Below, one piece after another: positions 1-8,684 of a stretch of 32,000 bases of DNA. The position numbers and the translations under genes were made by a program. The stretch covers positions 1-32,000 of the forward strand of contig NJBF01000027.1 of the NCBI GenBank assembly GCA_003144275.1, read 5' to 3'. Position 1 is the first letter of the stretch, and every line of letters begins with the position of its first letter. The notes beneath the pieces are model-generated. The model did not search any database and was not told the origin of the DNA. It saw nothing but the letters and a program-made list of their open reading frames with translations. This DNA comes from Candidatus Heimdallarchaeota archaeon B3_Heim. Its GTDB lineage: Archaea; Asgardarchaeota; Heimdallarchaeia; Hodarchaeales; Hodarchaeaceae.

Positions 1-1
1 T

Positions 2-262
2 TATCTTACCAAAATCGTTCCTCTCACCGTCCGGCAGCTTAAGCTCCCTCTCGATCATTTGCTCGTAGGTGCCGTACACTCGCTTGGGATCGAGCAGCAA
101 CTCTCGACCTTGCTGTTTCGACTTGCGCGGGTTGATATCGAACGCCCCGGCTACGAGATCTATGCCGCCGTCCAAACGCGACGCCTTGCGATGCACGTCA
201 CCGATGAAAGCGCCGATGCCCCCACCGATCATCCCCATTTTCAGTTTGCGGTTGACCTTCAT
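2..262 (-). CDS. Gfo/Idh/MocA family oxidoreductase, N-terminal fragment (bacterial-like; runs off the window edge; not in the ORF track)
   Basis: Manual reverse-strand translation from the ATG at 262: MKVNRKLKMGMIGGGIGAFIGDVHRKASRLDGGIDLVAGAFDINPRKSKQQGRELLLDPKRVYGTYEQMIERELKLPDGER. This is the Rossmann-type GMIGGG..AFIG.VHR start typical of the family. A Shine-Dalgarno AAAGGAG lies just upstream. GC of 1-360 is about 55%. Confidence 0.85.
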   Translation of the reverse strand, partial: MKVNRKLKMGMIGGGIGAFIGDVHRKASRLDGGIDLVAGAFDINPRKSKQQGRELLLDPKRVYGTYEQMIERELKLPDGERNDFGKI

Positions 263-355
263 GCCTACTCCTTTCAATTCAACAGTGCTGTGGACGAAGA
301 TTCCTGTGCCAATGCACCCGAAGGCTACCTTGTCCAAGGTGAGTCGTTCGGGTCT

Positions 356-787
356 GGGAAATCTGTTTCGATTATAAAATTCAGTAGTTCACATTACACT
401 TTAGACCCTACTACCAAAGATTCGGCTCTTTTTCACAATTCAGATGTGGGAACAGTCATTTTTACGAGCCCTTACGAAACAGTCACTTATCAAAAGATCA
501 CAAATAGATCAAGTCTGGAAGACCTCTTAAAATTGGTACCCGATAGTATTGATATAATTCTCTGTGAAAGTTACTCGGCATCGTTTCCTATAATCCCCCT
601 CATCTTTGTTGCTAAGAACAATAAGGATTATGAAGAAACAAAACTTCGATATAATGACCAAAAACCAATATTTGTTATAACTTCTCCCTCCTCTGCTAAA
701 AAAATTCATATACGAGGATTAAATACTCTTTCAATTGTAGAAGACAGAAAAGAAATCCTCGATCAAATTTGTTTGCTGTTAGAATGA
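356..787 (+). CDS. mobB: Molybdopterin-guanine dinucleotide biosynthesis protein B (MobB), 5'-truncated
   Basis: The C-terminal part of ORF 59..787 reads VSIIKFSSSHYTLDPTTKDS...VIFTSP...LEDLL...DIILCESY, matching the MobB pattern (V.xIKH...D..GKDS...D.IL.EG). The first ~99 codons of that ORF are the antisense of the GC-rich foreign segment, so the true N-terminus with its P-loop is missing. Confidence 0.65.
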   Translation, partial: GKSVSIIKFSSSHYTLDPTTKDSALFHNSDVGTVIFTSPYETVTYQKITNRSSLEDLLKLVPDSIDIILCESYSASFPIIPLIFVAKNNKDYEETKLRYNDQKPIFVITSPSSAKKIHIRGLNTLSIVEDRKEILDQICLLLE

Positions 788-801
788 AAAATAATCCATT
801 A

Positions 802-1647
802 TTATTTTGAATGAAATCGAGTTGAGCGTCCTGAATTATTAGTTACAGCTTCAAGTAAAGCTCCTTTCCTAGTAATATTCAACAGAATAATTTCCTTTTG
901 TCCAAGATCCAATAAATTCCTAATTTCTACAAGTTTCCCTTTCATCTGTCCAGAGGCATCGCCACTTGAAACCTGCTCGATTACTTCATTAATACGGGAA
1001 TGTGGTATTTCAGGAATTAAGTTTGCTGCAGGATTTATTTTAGGATCTTCATTAAAGACTCCATCCACATCTGAGCCAAATATTATTTTTTGGGGGATAA
1101 AATGTTTTACTAAATCGAGTAATATTTGATCTCCACTTAATACACTATATCCCATAGATAAATCAGGCACTACATCGCCAGAAATCACAGGGACAATTCC
1201 ATTTTGGATGAAACGCTCGAAATTGGATGTATCTCCCCTTATGATTCGCATTTTATTCGATTCGTATATGCTAGACGCATAGAGCTGCACAACAGGTATT
1301 TTATTAGCTACAAAAGCTTCTAATAATGTTTGTCGTAATAGATTCACGGCAATTTGAGCATCTACCAGTCCTAAATGCTGATTTATGTTTCCTGAATTGC
1401 CTTTATGGATTCCGTGTTGTAACACAACGAAGTGTCCTGGGGAACCAACTCCAGTCAAAATTATCATCTTCTTTATTCCTGAAGAATATAATTCCCCTAT
1501 TTCAGCGGCAATACGATCGATATTCTGCTTATTAACTGCTAGTGCCACTTTTATATCGTCTGGTGACTGGCTCTTAAGCGCCTTCGCCAATAAACGTTTA
1601 TTAGAAATACTTGAACCGCCAATTTTTAAAATTAGATCGATGTCCAT
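802..1647 (-). CDS. ipk: Isopentenyl phosphate kinase (amino-acid kinase family, archaeal mevalonate pathway)
   Basis: LKIGGS.I..K, G.GS.GH, VPVISGDVV, SGDQI, GSDVDGVF and D.SGQMKGKL motifs; length 281 aa. Confidence 0.85.
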   Translation of the reverse strand: MDIDLILKIGGSSISNKRLLAKALKSQSPDDIKVALAVNKQNIDRIAAEIGELYSSGIKKMIILTGVGSPGHFVVLQHGIHKGNSGNINQHLGLVDAQIAVNLLRQTLLEAFVANKIPVVQLYASSIYESNKMRIIRGDTSNFERFIQNGIVPVISGDVVPDLSMGYSVLSGDQILLDLVKHFIPQKIIFGSDVDGVFNEDPKINPAANLIPEIPHSRINEVIEQVSSGDASGQMKGKLVEIRNLLDLGQKEIILLNITRKGALLEAVTNNSGRSTRFHSK

Positions 1648-1776
1648 TTTTATATGTACTCCGGGAATTTTTAAATACTTAGAAAAATTGTAATTGATAA
1701 AGTCTTGTAAGTTTTGTAACTTTTGCTTACTCTAACTGGGGTTATCCTAATATCATTCTGTCTGGAGAATTGATGC

Positions 1777-3729
1777 ATGACATCAAATGAAATTATGAGC
1801 CTAGCGAATACAATTCTCTATCATAAACGGAAATACTATGATGGTGAACCTGAAATATCAGATGAAGCCTATGACAGTTTAGAGGAAAAATTAAGAAAAT
1901 TGGATCCTGTAAACCCCGTTCTTTTTATTGTTGGGACACCGGAAGGTGGAAAAATAACCCATGATGTTCCAATGTTATCATGCCAAAAAGCACTGGATGT
2001 AGAAGAAGTTTTAAAATGGAGTCAAGGGTATGACCTCTTCATTGAGTATAAAATCGATGGCCTTTCGCTCTCGCTGACATATAATGAAGGTCGATTAGTA
2101 CAAGCGGCTACACGAGGAAATGGAGTGACTGGAGATGATACAACTATTGTGACAATGAAGCTCAAATCTATTCCCAAAACTATCCCTGTGAGAGAGCGAA
2201 TTTTCATCAGAGGAGAAATTTTCATCCACTTGTCGGAATTCCAGAGGATTAATGCTTTAGGAACTGAAAGTTACAGCAGTCCTAGGAATTTAGCAGTTGG
2301 AACAATCAAGCAAAAAGATCTGTCATTACTTGATAAACGCAAATTAGAATTTTTCGCATTTGAGTTAATTGGCTTTGAGGAGGATAAAACTCTTAGTGAA
2401 AAAGCCAACTTACTTCAAGAGTGGGGATTTCAGATCGCAAAAATAGAATCCCTTACCACTCCATCAAAAGAAAATCTCTCAGCTATCTTTTTAAAGACAA
2501 AAAGAGAAAGGGAAATTCTAGATTTCGAAATTGATGGTTTGGTACTAAAATATAATAAAGCCGATGAAAGAAATAGGGCAGGTATGACAGCTCATCATCC
2601 AAAATGGATGATAGCTTTGAAATTTGAGAGTAAAGGGAAGATTACAACAATTAACGATATCACTTGGCAGTTGGGACGTACAGGAGTACTCACTCCCGTT
2701 GCTGAATTGACACCAATAGATGTTTCTGGAGCAATGATTCGACGTGCCACTTTACATAACCGAGAGTTTGTAGAAACACTAGACGTGGCTGTTGGTGATC
2801 AAGTAATGGTTATTCGATCAGGTGATGTAATTCCAAAGATCACTTCTGTTGAGAGGAAAGGACAGAATTTGGTCACATTGCCAAAAGAATGTCCTTCTTG
2901 TGGATTTCTCCTCATAAAAGAAGGTGTGAATCTTGTATGCAAAGGTCAAGATTGTAAAGAGAGAGAGATTCAAAAAATCAGACACTGGATAAAAACGATA
3001 GACATTAAGGGGCTTGGGCTGAAGAATATTGAGAAACTCTATGATTCTGGATACTTAAAACATTTTTCCGATTTGTATGATAGTCGATTGACTGAAACAA
3101 AACTTGTTTCTCTTCTGGGAAAAAATGGATCAAAAATCTACCAAAACATCCAACAATCGCGATCTCTCCCTTTCCAACTGTTTTTAGCAGGACTCGGAAT
3201 CGAAAGTTTAGGATTACAAATGGGAAGAATTCTAGCAAAATATTTTAATTCTTGGGATGAGCTAGAAAGCGCAAAAATTTCTCAATTAGTAACAATTGAG
3301 GGAGTTTCCGATCTTACTGCTGGATATATCATTGAAGGAATACACGATCCTTCATTAGGCAAAGCTCTCTTGGACAAGGGTGTTTCCATTAGTATTACCC
3401 AAGATAGATCACGATCAGCAAAATCTGCTAAAAACGATCTGCTGAATTTCATCGGTAAGAAAACACAGGAACATTCCAAAGCGTATTTTAACGAGGATCA
3501 CGATTTAGGAAAAAAGAGATCGATATATGTAACAGGAAAGGTGCCTGAAATGACCAAAAAAGACATTAAAGATTTTCTCGAAAAGAACAATTACGAATGG
3601 GCATCCCTTACAAAATCACTTGATTTACTCGTAACTGGTGAGAAACCAGGGAGTACGAAATTGGAAAAAGCAAAGAAATATGGAATTCCTATTAAAACAT
3701 GGGATGAATTTCAAGCAGAACTTCCTTGA
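1777..3729 (+). CDS. ligA: NAD-dependent DNA ligase
   Basis: Domain Ia (YY...ISDEAYD), motif I KIDG, TRGNG, RGE, PRN, EIDGLVLK, ALKF, GRTGVLTP, RATLHN, RSGDVIP, Zn finger CPSC..C..C, HhH repeats and a C-terminal BRCT (VTG...GSTKLEKAKKYGIPI). Confidence 0.97.
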   Translation: MTSNEIMSLANTILYHKRKYYDGEPEISDEAYDSLEEKLRKLDPVNPVLFIVGTPEGGKITHDVPMLSCQKALDVEEVLKWSQGYDLFIEYKIDGLSLSLTYNEGRLVQAATRGNGVTGDDTTIVTMKLKSIPKTIPVRERIFIRGEIFIHLSEFQRINALGTESYSSPRNLAVGTIKQKDLSLLDKRKLEFFAFELIGFEEDKTLSEKANLLQEWGFQIAKIESLTTPSKENLSAIFLKTKREREILDFEIDGLVLKYNKADERNRAGMTAHHPKWMIALKFESKGKITTINDITWQLGRTGVLTPVAELTPIDVSGAMIRRATLHNREFVETLDVAVGDQVMVIRSGDVIPKITSVERKGQNLVTLPKECPSCGFLLIKEGVNLVCKGQDCKEREIQKIRHWIKTIDIKGLGLKNIEKLYDSGYLKHFSDLYDSRLTETKLVSLLGKNGSKIYQNIQQSRSLPFQLFLAGLGIESLGLQMGRILAKYFNSWDELESAKISQLVTIEGVSDLTAGYIIEGIHDPSLGKALLDKGVSISITQDRSRSAKSAKNDLLNFIGKKTQEHSKAYFNEDHDLGKKRSIYVTGKVPEMTKKDIKDFLEKNNYEWASLTKSLDLLVTGEKPGSTKLEKAKKYGIPIKTWDEFQAELP

Positions 3730-3877
3730 GGAGAATTTGATTTCGTCCACACATTGAATTAAAATAACCATTTTTCTTCACACCCACTTTTAAGGTAGTT
3801 GATATAGCAGAACTTCCCTGTAATTTGTTATTCGACTCATATAACTGATATTCTTGATTATTTCTTTACACCTGAAT

Positions 3878-3898
3878 AGTTACTTTTAATAAGTAACT
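3878..3898. promoter_or_regulatory. Perfect 8-bp inverted repeat (AGTTACTT-N5-AAGTAACT), candidate operator
   Basis: Seen directly in the intergenic region, about 50 nt upstream of the 3948 start. Confidence 0.3.
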
Positions 3899-3947
3899 CC
3901 CTCAACCTGTTCTTCATACGAAAATAAATTCTTATAAGTGAAAAAAA

Positions 3948-6224
3948 ATGTTCGAACCAGAAACTGATGATTTACGAACCGTAAAAGCGCTTCCTTTTTG
4001 GCAAGCTTTTTTGGGTGGTGTCTTTGGCCCTGTTATTATCGCAGTGGTCTTTGGATTATTAGGAGCACGGACAAGTCCTTTGCTGATGCAAGTTGAGCTC
4101 CTTCTCGTTGCCATTGCTTTTTGTCTTACTGGCATTCTTGCTAGGTCAAAGTTAATTGGCTTATTAAGCATTATTTCAGCTCCAATAGCGTGGGTACTTC
4201 TTTATATCCTCGACTTAATTACTGATGGCATGATTCCAAATCCTTTTGGGTTATTCTCAGGCCTTTCTGGCCCTGTTGGTGCAATAATTGAAACAGGTTT
4301 GATTCCAGAATTAGCAGATTATGGATCAGCAATTAATGCAGTCGCGATGATTCTTGATCTAGTGATTGTCGAGGTAATTGCTCTCTTCCTTGGATTTTTC
4401 CTTTCTGCTGTTGCAACTGGTATATGGACAAAAAAAGGGGAGTTATCTATATTTTCAGTAATCATGAAACCAATTGCTGCATTTTTTGTGATAGTCCTAT
4501 TAATTCTTGTACCTTTTACCTATCATGGATTAGCTAACCTTGCTTATGGTGGTGTGTCTATAGGTGCAGGTGCGTCAGAATTCATGCAAGCTTTTGGCCT
4601 ATCACTGGAAGGAAATGGAGCGCAAGATGGAGAATTGGTCGATTTTAACGATCCCAATGTTATTGGAAACCTTTCTCTTGCCGCTGAAAGAGCTGAAAAA
4701 TGGTTTCAAGAATCGTCCATTGCTTTTGAACAATTTCAAGAAAATTTTCTAGTAAATATCCTTATAGATTTTCTTTTCCCAGAGGGTACTGATTTCCAAG
4801 GTATTAATATGCAGGAAATCACAGGGATACTTAAAATTGCAGATGTACTTGCTCTAATTTCGGGTGAGCTACCAGAGCTTTTTGCTGGCTACCAAAATCT
4901 TGTTGGGGGTTTTGACCTTGCCTTTTCAGTTTTAGGAAATACTGATTTGGGTGGAGGTTTTGGAAGTAGTGTCGATAGCCTTCAAGCCACTTACAATCCA
5001 AGTTTTGATACAGGATTAGACAAAATCGGATATGCAGTTCAAAACTTCACAGATGCTGAAGACGGTGTTTCTGGTGCAATCAATGAAACAAAAATTATTC
5101 TCAATGAAGTGATTGTCGGTGGTGGAGGAGATCTAGATATCATTGTCGAAATCATTGAACAAGTCGGTATCGGCTACGGAATTCTCCTCAAAATAGCCGA
5201 AGGTGGAATTGATTTTCTCAATGCTACGTATAAAACAACACTTGCTATCGAAGAACTGGGAGAAAGTAATTTCACTCGAGCAAATTATTGGCTTGATGAT
5301 GCTGCAGGTGAACTCTCAGAGGCAAATGATACTATGCAAGCTATAGATTCTTCTGGATTAGACCCTAATTCTCAATTGCCGTTTTGGGGAACAGTTGAAA
5401 TCCTCAAAGATATGACAAACCTTCTCTCATGGTTTGCCTTAGCTGCAGCGAATGGAACTCAATGTTATACAGCTATTGAAGGTGTTTTAGAGGCTTTAAC
5501 ATCTCTCGATTTCACCGGTAGCAATGTGCTATCAACTGATTGGGGGAATTTTACGGGCAATGTTGCATCTGCTGACATAATATTTGATGCTGCAGACTAT
5601 AACATTCGTCAAGCTACAGATTTAGCAGGCAGTTACACTGAAAGATCATATGGTCCAATTATTGATGCTTCATTGAAACCCATGTTAATTGAATTCAGTA
5701 ATATGCTTTCTAGCTTTAGCAATAATGTTACAGAAATTAGTTACTTAATGGGTGGTTTATCAAAAACAGTTCTTGCTATTCAATCCTTCACAGAAGGGTT
5801 TGTATTATTCAACCAATCTTATATCGATGCTAAAAGTGTTGCAAGTAATGGATCTGAGTTCTTCGCGTTAATAAATGCAGATGCCAATTTCAGTAGAGCA
5901 GAAATCTTAATGGGTTATTCAAGAGAGAACGGGTCTGACGGATGGACTGAAATTGACAACGCAACATTAATAGCTGGTAGTGTGAAAACTACTTGGCAAG
6001 ACTCACTTTACTACCAAGGACCTCCACTTAGTGAGCATAGCACACTTGTAACAGATGTTACCATAAAATCATCTATTGCAGGACTTGCACAAGGAATTTT
6101 AGACACAATCGTTTTTTTTAAATTTTTACATGAACTTACAGAATATGAAGGAAACAATAATATTATACAAACTCTCTTTGACAATATGGAAGATGTGCCT
6201 CTAGATGAGATCTTTGGAGGATAA
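3948..6224 (+). CDS. Hypothetical membrane protein: ~5 N-terminal TM helices and a ~550-aa acidic, helical, sequon-rich extracytoplasmic domain
   Basis: Long clean 758-aa ORF with hydrophobic segments in residues ~15-200 and 14 N-X-S/T sequons counted in the remainder. No family recognised. Confidence 0.8.
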   Translation: MFEPETDDLRTVKALPFWQAFLGGVFGPVIIAVVFGLLGARTSPLLMQVELLLVAIAFCLTGILARSKLIGLLSIISAPIAWVLLYILDLITDGMIPNPFGLFSGLSGPVGAIIETGLIPELADYGSAINAVAMILDLVIVEVIALFLGFFLSAVATGIWTKKGELSIFSVIMKPIAAFFVIVLLILVPFTYHGLANLAYGGVSIGAGASEFMQAFGLSLEGNGAQDGELVDFNDPNVIGNLSLAAERAEKWFQESSIAFEQFQENFLVNILIDFLFPEGTDFQGINMQEITGILKIADVLALISGELPELFAGYQNLVGGFDLAFSVLGNTDLGGGFGSSVDSLQATYNPSFDTGLDKIGYAVQNFTDAEDGVSGAINETKIILNEVIVGGGGDLDIIVEIIEQVGIGYGILLKIAEGGIDFLNATYKTTLAIEELGESNFTRANYWLDDAAGELSEANDTMQAIDSSGLDPNSQLPFWGTVEILKDMTNLLSWFALAAANGTQCYTAIEGVLEALTSLDFTGSNVLSTDWGNFTGNVASADIIFDAADYNIRQATDLAGSYTERSYGPIIDASLKPMLIEFSNMLSSFSNNVTEISYLMGGLSKTVLAIQSFTEGFVLFNQSYIDAKSVASNGSEFFALINADANFSRAEILMGYSRENGSDGWTEIDNATLIAGSVKTTWQDSLYYQGPPLSEHSTLVTDVTIKSSIAGLAQGILDTIVFFKFLHELTEYEGNNNIIQTLFDNMEDVPLDEIFGG

Positions 6225-6241
6225 TATATTCCTCCCATCCC

Positions 6242-6250
6242 TTTTTTTTT
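6242..6250 (+). terminator. Oligo-T (T9) archaeal-type terminator
   Basis: T9 tract 17 nt after the 6224 stop, between convergent genes. Confidence 0.4.
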
Positions 6251-6271
6251 ATTAACTGAGTAATTCCTACT

Positions 6272-7243
6272 TTAGAAGTTATCAGGATCTTGTAACCATT
6301 TTTCCGCATCTAACGCCGCTTGACACCCTTCTGCAGCTGCAGTTATTGCCTGACGATATCGAAAATCAACTACATCTCCTGCAGCAAAAACGCCAGGCAC
6401 ACTTGTCATAGTATGCTTCTTATGAACAATATAGCCATTACCAAGCTCTAATTTTCCTTGGAACAGGTGAGTTTGAGGGATATATCCAATTGCAACAAGT
6501 AACCCTCCTAGATGTAATTCATAAGATTGATTAGTGGCTATATCTCGTACAGCAATACCGTTAAGGCGCTCTTTCCCTAAAATATTTTCAACAACCGTAT
6601 TATAAATGAATTCTATTTTTTCATTGTCAAAGCCTCTTTGTAATAGGGCTTTAGTGGCTCGCATTTTTTCTTTAGACCCGCGATAAATGATTTTTACATC
6701 ATTAGCGTATTTTGCTAAAAACAAAGCCTCTTCAAGTGCAACATCTCCAGCACCTATGACTGCTGCATTAACATCTTTGAAAAAAGGAGCGTCACAGGTT
6801 GCACAATAGGAAACTCCTCTACCGCTTAATCTTTGCTCATTATCTAATCCTAAACGTTTGGGTTCGGCCCCTGTAGCAATAATTATAGCTTTTGCTTGAA
6901 TTTGATGTTGGCCTGTGAGAACTAAGAAAGGATGTTGTGAAAGATTTGTGTCAATTACATTATCTTCGAGAAAAGTGGTCCCTAATCGTGTAGCTTGCTC
7001 CCGCATCCTAGTAACTAAATCAGGGCCTTGAACAATCTCAGGAAAACCTGGAAAGTTTTCTACTTCAGTTGTTGTCATAAGTTGGCCACCAGCATCTATT
7101 CCTGCAATAACAAGAGGATTCAATTGAGCACGAGCCGCATAAATTGCCGCAGTTAGCCCTGCTGGTCCACTACCGATTATTACCAATTCTTGATCAGTGT
7201 TTATCTCATCCGAACTGGCTTTACTATGTAAAAATAATTTCAT
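6272..7243 (-). CDS. trxB: Thioredoxin-disulfide reductase
   Basis: IIGSGPAGLTAAIYAARA FAD motif, GGQL.TT..VENFPGF, redox-active CATC, G.GD.ALEEA NADPH motif, GVFAAGDV.D..YRQAITAA. Confidence 0.96.
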   Translation of the reverse strand: MKLFLHSKASSDEINTDQELVIIGSGPAGLTAAIYAARAQLNPLVIAGIDAGGQLMTTTEVENFPGFPEIVQGPDLVTRMREQATRLGTTFLEDNVIDTNLSQHPFLVLTGQHQIQAKAIIIATGAEPKRLGLDNEQRLSGRGVSYCATCDAPFFKDVNAAVIGAGDVALEEALFLAKYANDVKIIYRGSKEKMRATKALLQRGFDNEKIEFIYNTVVENILGKERLNGIAVRDIATNQSYELHLGGLLVAIGYIPQTHLFQGKLELGNGYIVHKKHTMTSVPGVFAAGDVVDFRYRQAITAAAEGCQAALDAEKWLQDPDNF

Positions 7244-7356
7244 AAATATCCATCATTTCCCCCTTTGAAAAATATTTTTCTCCTAATTCCAGATCTAACA
7301 AAATAATTATTCTTATATCCCAAGTCTTTCTAGGTTACTCACAGAGGAAAAGTGTT

Positions 7357-8682
7357 ATGTTATATGCTGTAAACCCTGAGTGGCGAACACACAGTTCTCA
7401 AGATGTAAATAGCCAAAATGATGGAAAAGAAGTATTAATTGGCGGTTGGGTTCAACAAATTCGTGATAAAGGGCGTTTGATGTTTCTGACATTGCGTGAT
7501 CCTTCAGGTATTTGTCAGGTTACACTTCATCAGAAGAATGTAAGTGAAGAAGTATGGGAAACGTGTAAAACATTAACTCTTGAATCTGTAGTCTCAATTC
7601 AAGGCAAAGTAAAAGCGGATTCTCGATCCAAATTAGGAGCGGAATTGACTCCTCTTTCAGTAACACTACATGCCATAGCTGAGCTCAAAGTACCAATAGA
7701 TTTAACTAAGATGAAAACCAAGATGGATATTGATACTGTTTTTTCATATAGAGAAATATCCATTCGAGATCCTGACGTTGTAGCCGTCTTGAAATTAAAA
7801 AGCCTTATTGCTCAGGCAACAAGAACATTCTTTCAACAAAAAGAATTTACGGAGATTTTCACTCCTTTTATCTTAACTGCATCTACGGAAGGGGGAGCAG
7901 AACAATTTACATTGGATTACTTTGGTGAACCTGCAGTATTAGCGCAATCATGCCAATTTTATAAACAAGCTGCGCTTTCCAGCCATGATAAGGTGTTTGG
8001 TATCCTTCCCTCATGGCGAGCTGAAAAATCTCATACACCCAAGCATATGACAGAGTTTTGGCAAGTCGAGAATGAAATCGCATTTGCAACGGATAAAGAG
8101 ATCATGCAGGTTCAAGAAGATCTAGTGGCCTTTGTTTTCACTGAAGTTGCACGAGAAGGAGAAGATCAGCTCACTCAATTAAATCGAGAGATTTCTATTC
8201 CAAAAACTCCCTTTAAAAAGATCCCTTTCAAAGAAGCAAAACAGATGATCTTGGACATGGGTATTGAAGAAGAAGTTGACACAGATTTTGGAGCAACAGG
8301 AGAAACTGCCCTATCCAAATCGGTTAATGACCCATTTTTCATAATAGAATTTCCTGTGCATTTACGGGGAATGTATTATGCGGCAAATCCAACGAATCCT
8401 GAACTTACACGTTCATTGGATTTAATGGCTCCTGAGGGATTTGGCGAGCTTTCCAGTGGAGGCCAGCGAGAAGCAGATTATAAAGTCTTAGAAGAGCGAA
8501 TAACAAAGCAGGGTTTTGAAGTATCTAACTTTGAATGGTACCTTCGGATGTTTAGATTTGGTATGCCTCCACACGCAGGGTTTGGATTAGGTTTTGAGCG
8601 ATTAGTAAAGTGGATAGCGAATTTATCCCACATTAGAGAAGCTAGTATGTTTCCACGCACCCCAGACATATATAGACCATAG
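7357..8682 (+). CDS. aspS: Aspartate--tRNA ligase, archaeal type
   Basis: OB fold (GWV..IRDKG..F..LRD), TEGG, AQS.Q.YKQ (Lys typical of Asp specificity), motif 2 RAE, ELSSGGQRE, motif 3 GMPPHAGFGLG.ERL, MFPR.P. Confidence 0.88.
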   Translation: MLYAVNPEWRTHSSQDVNSQNDGKEVLIGGWVQQIRDKGRLMFLTLRDPSGICQVTLHQKNVSEEVWETCKTLTLESVVSIQGKVKADSRSKLGAELTPLSVTLHAIAELKVPIDLTKMKTKMDIDTVFSYREISIRDPDVVAVLKLKSLIAQATRTFFQQKEFTEIFTPFILTASTEGGAEQFTLDYFGEPAVLAQSCQFYKQAALSSHDKVFGILPSWRAEKSHTPKHMTEFWQVENEIAFATDKEIMQVQEDLVAFVFTEVAREGEDQLTQLNREISIPKTPFKKIPFKEAKQMILDMGIEEEVDTDFGATGETALSKSVNDPFFIIEFPVHLRGMYYAANPTNPELTRSLDLMAPEGFGELSSGGQREADYKVLEERITKQGFEVSNFEWYLRMFRFGMPPHAGFGLGFERLVKWIANLSHIREASMFPRTPDIYRP

Positions 8683-8684
8683 AA

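Noticed and set aside
335-364. GESFGSGKS as a MobB Walker A motif
   Set aside because: The spacing is wrong, it directly abuts the IIK strand that should be ~25 residues later, and it straddles the compositional junction.
59-377. ORF 69..377 and the N-terminal ~99 codons of ORF 59..787
   Set aside because: These are antisense shadows of the minus-strand Gfo/Idh/MocA fragment in GC-rich DNA.
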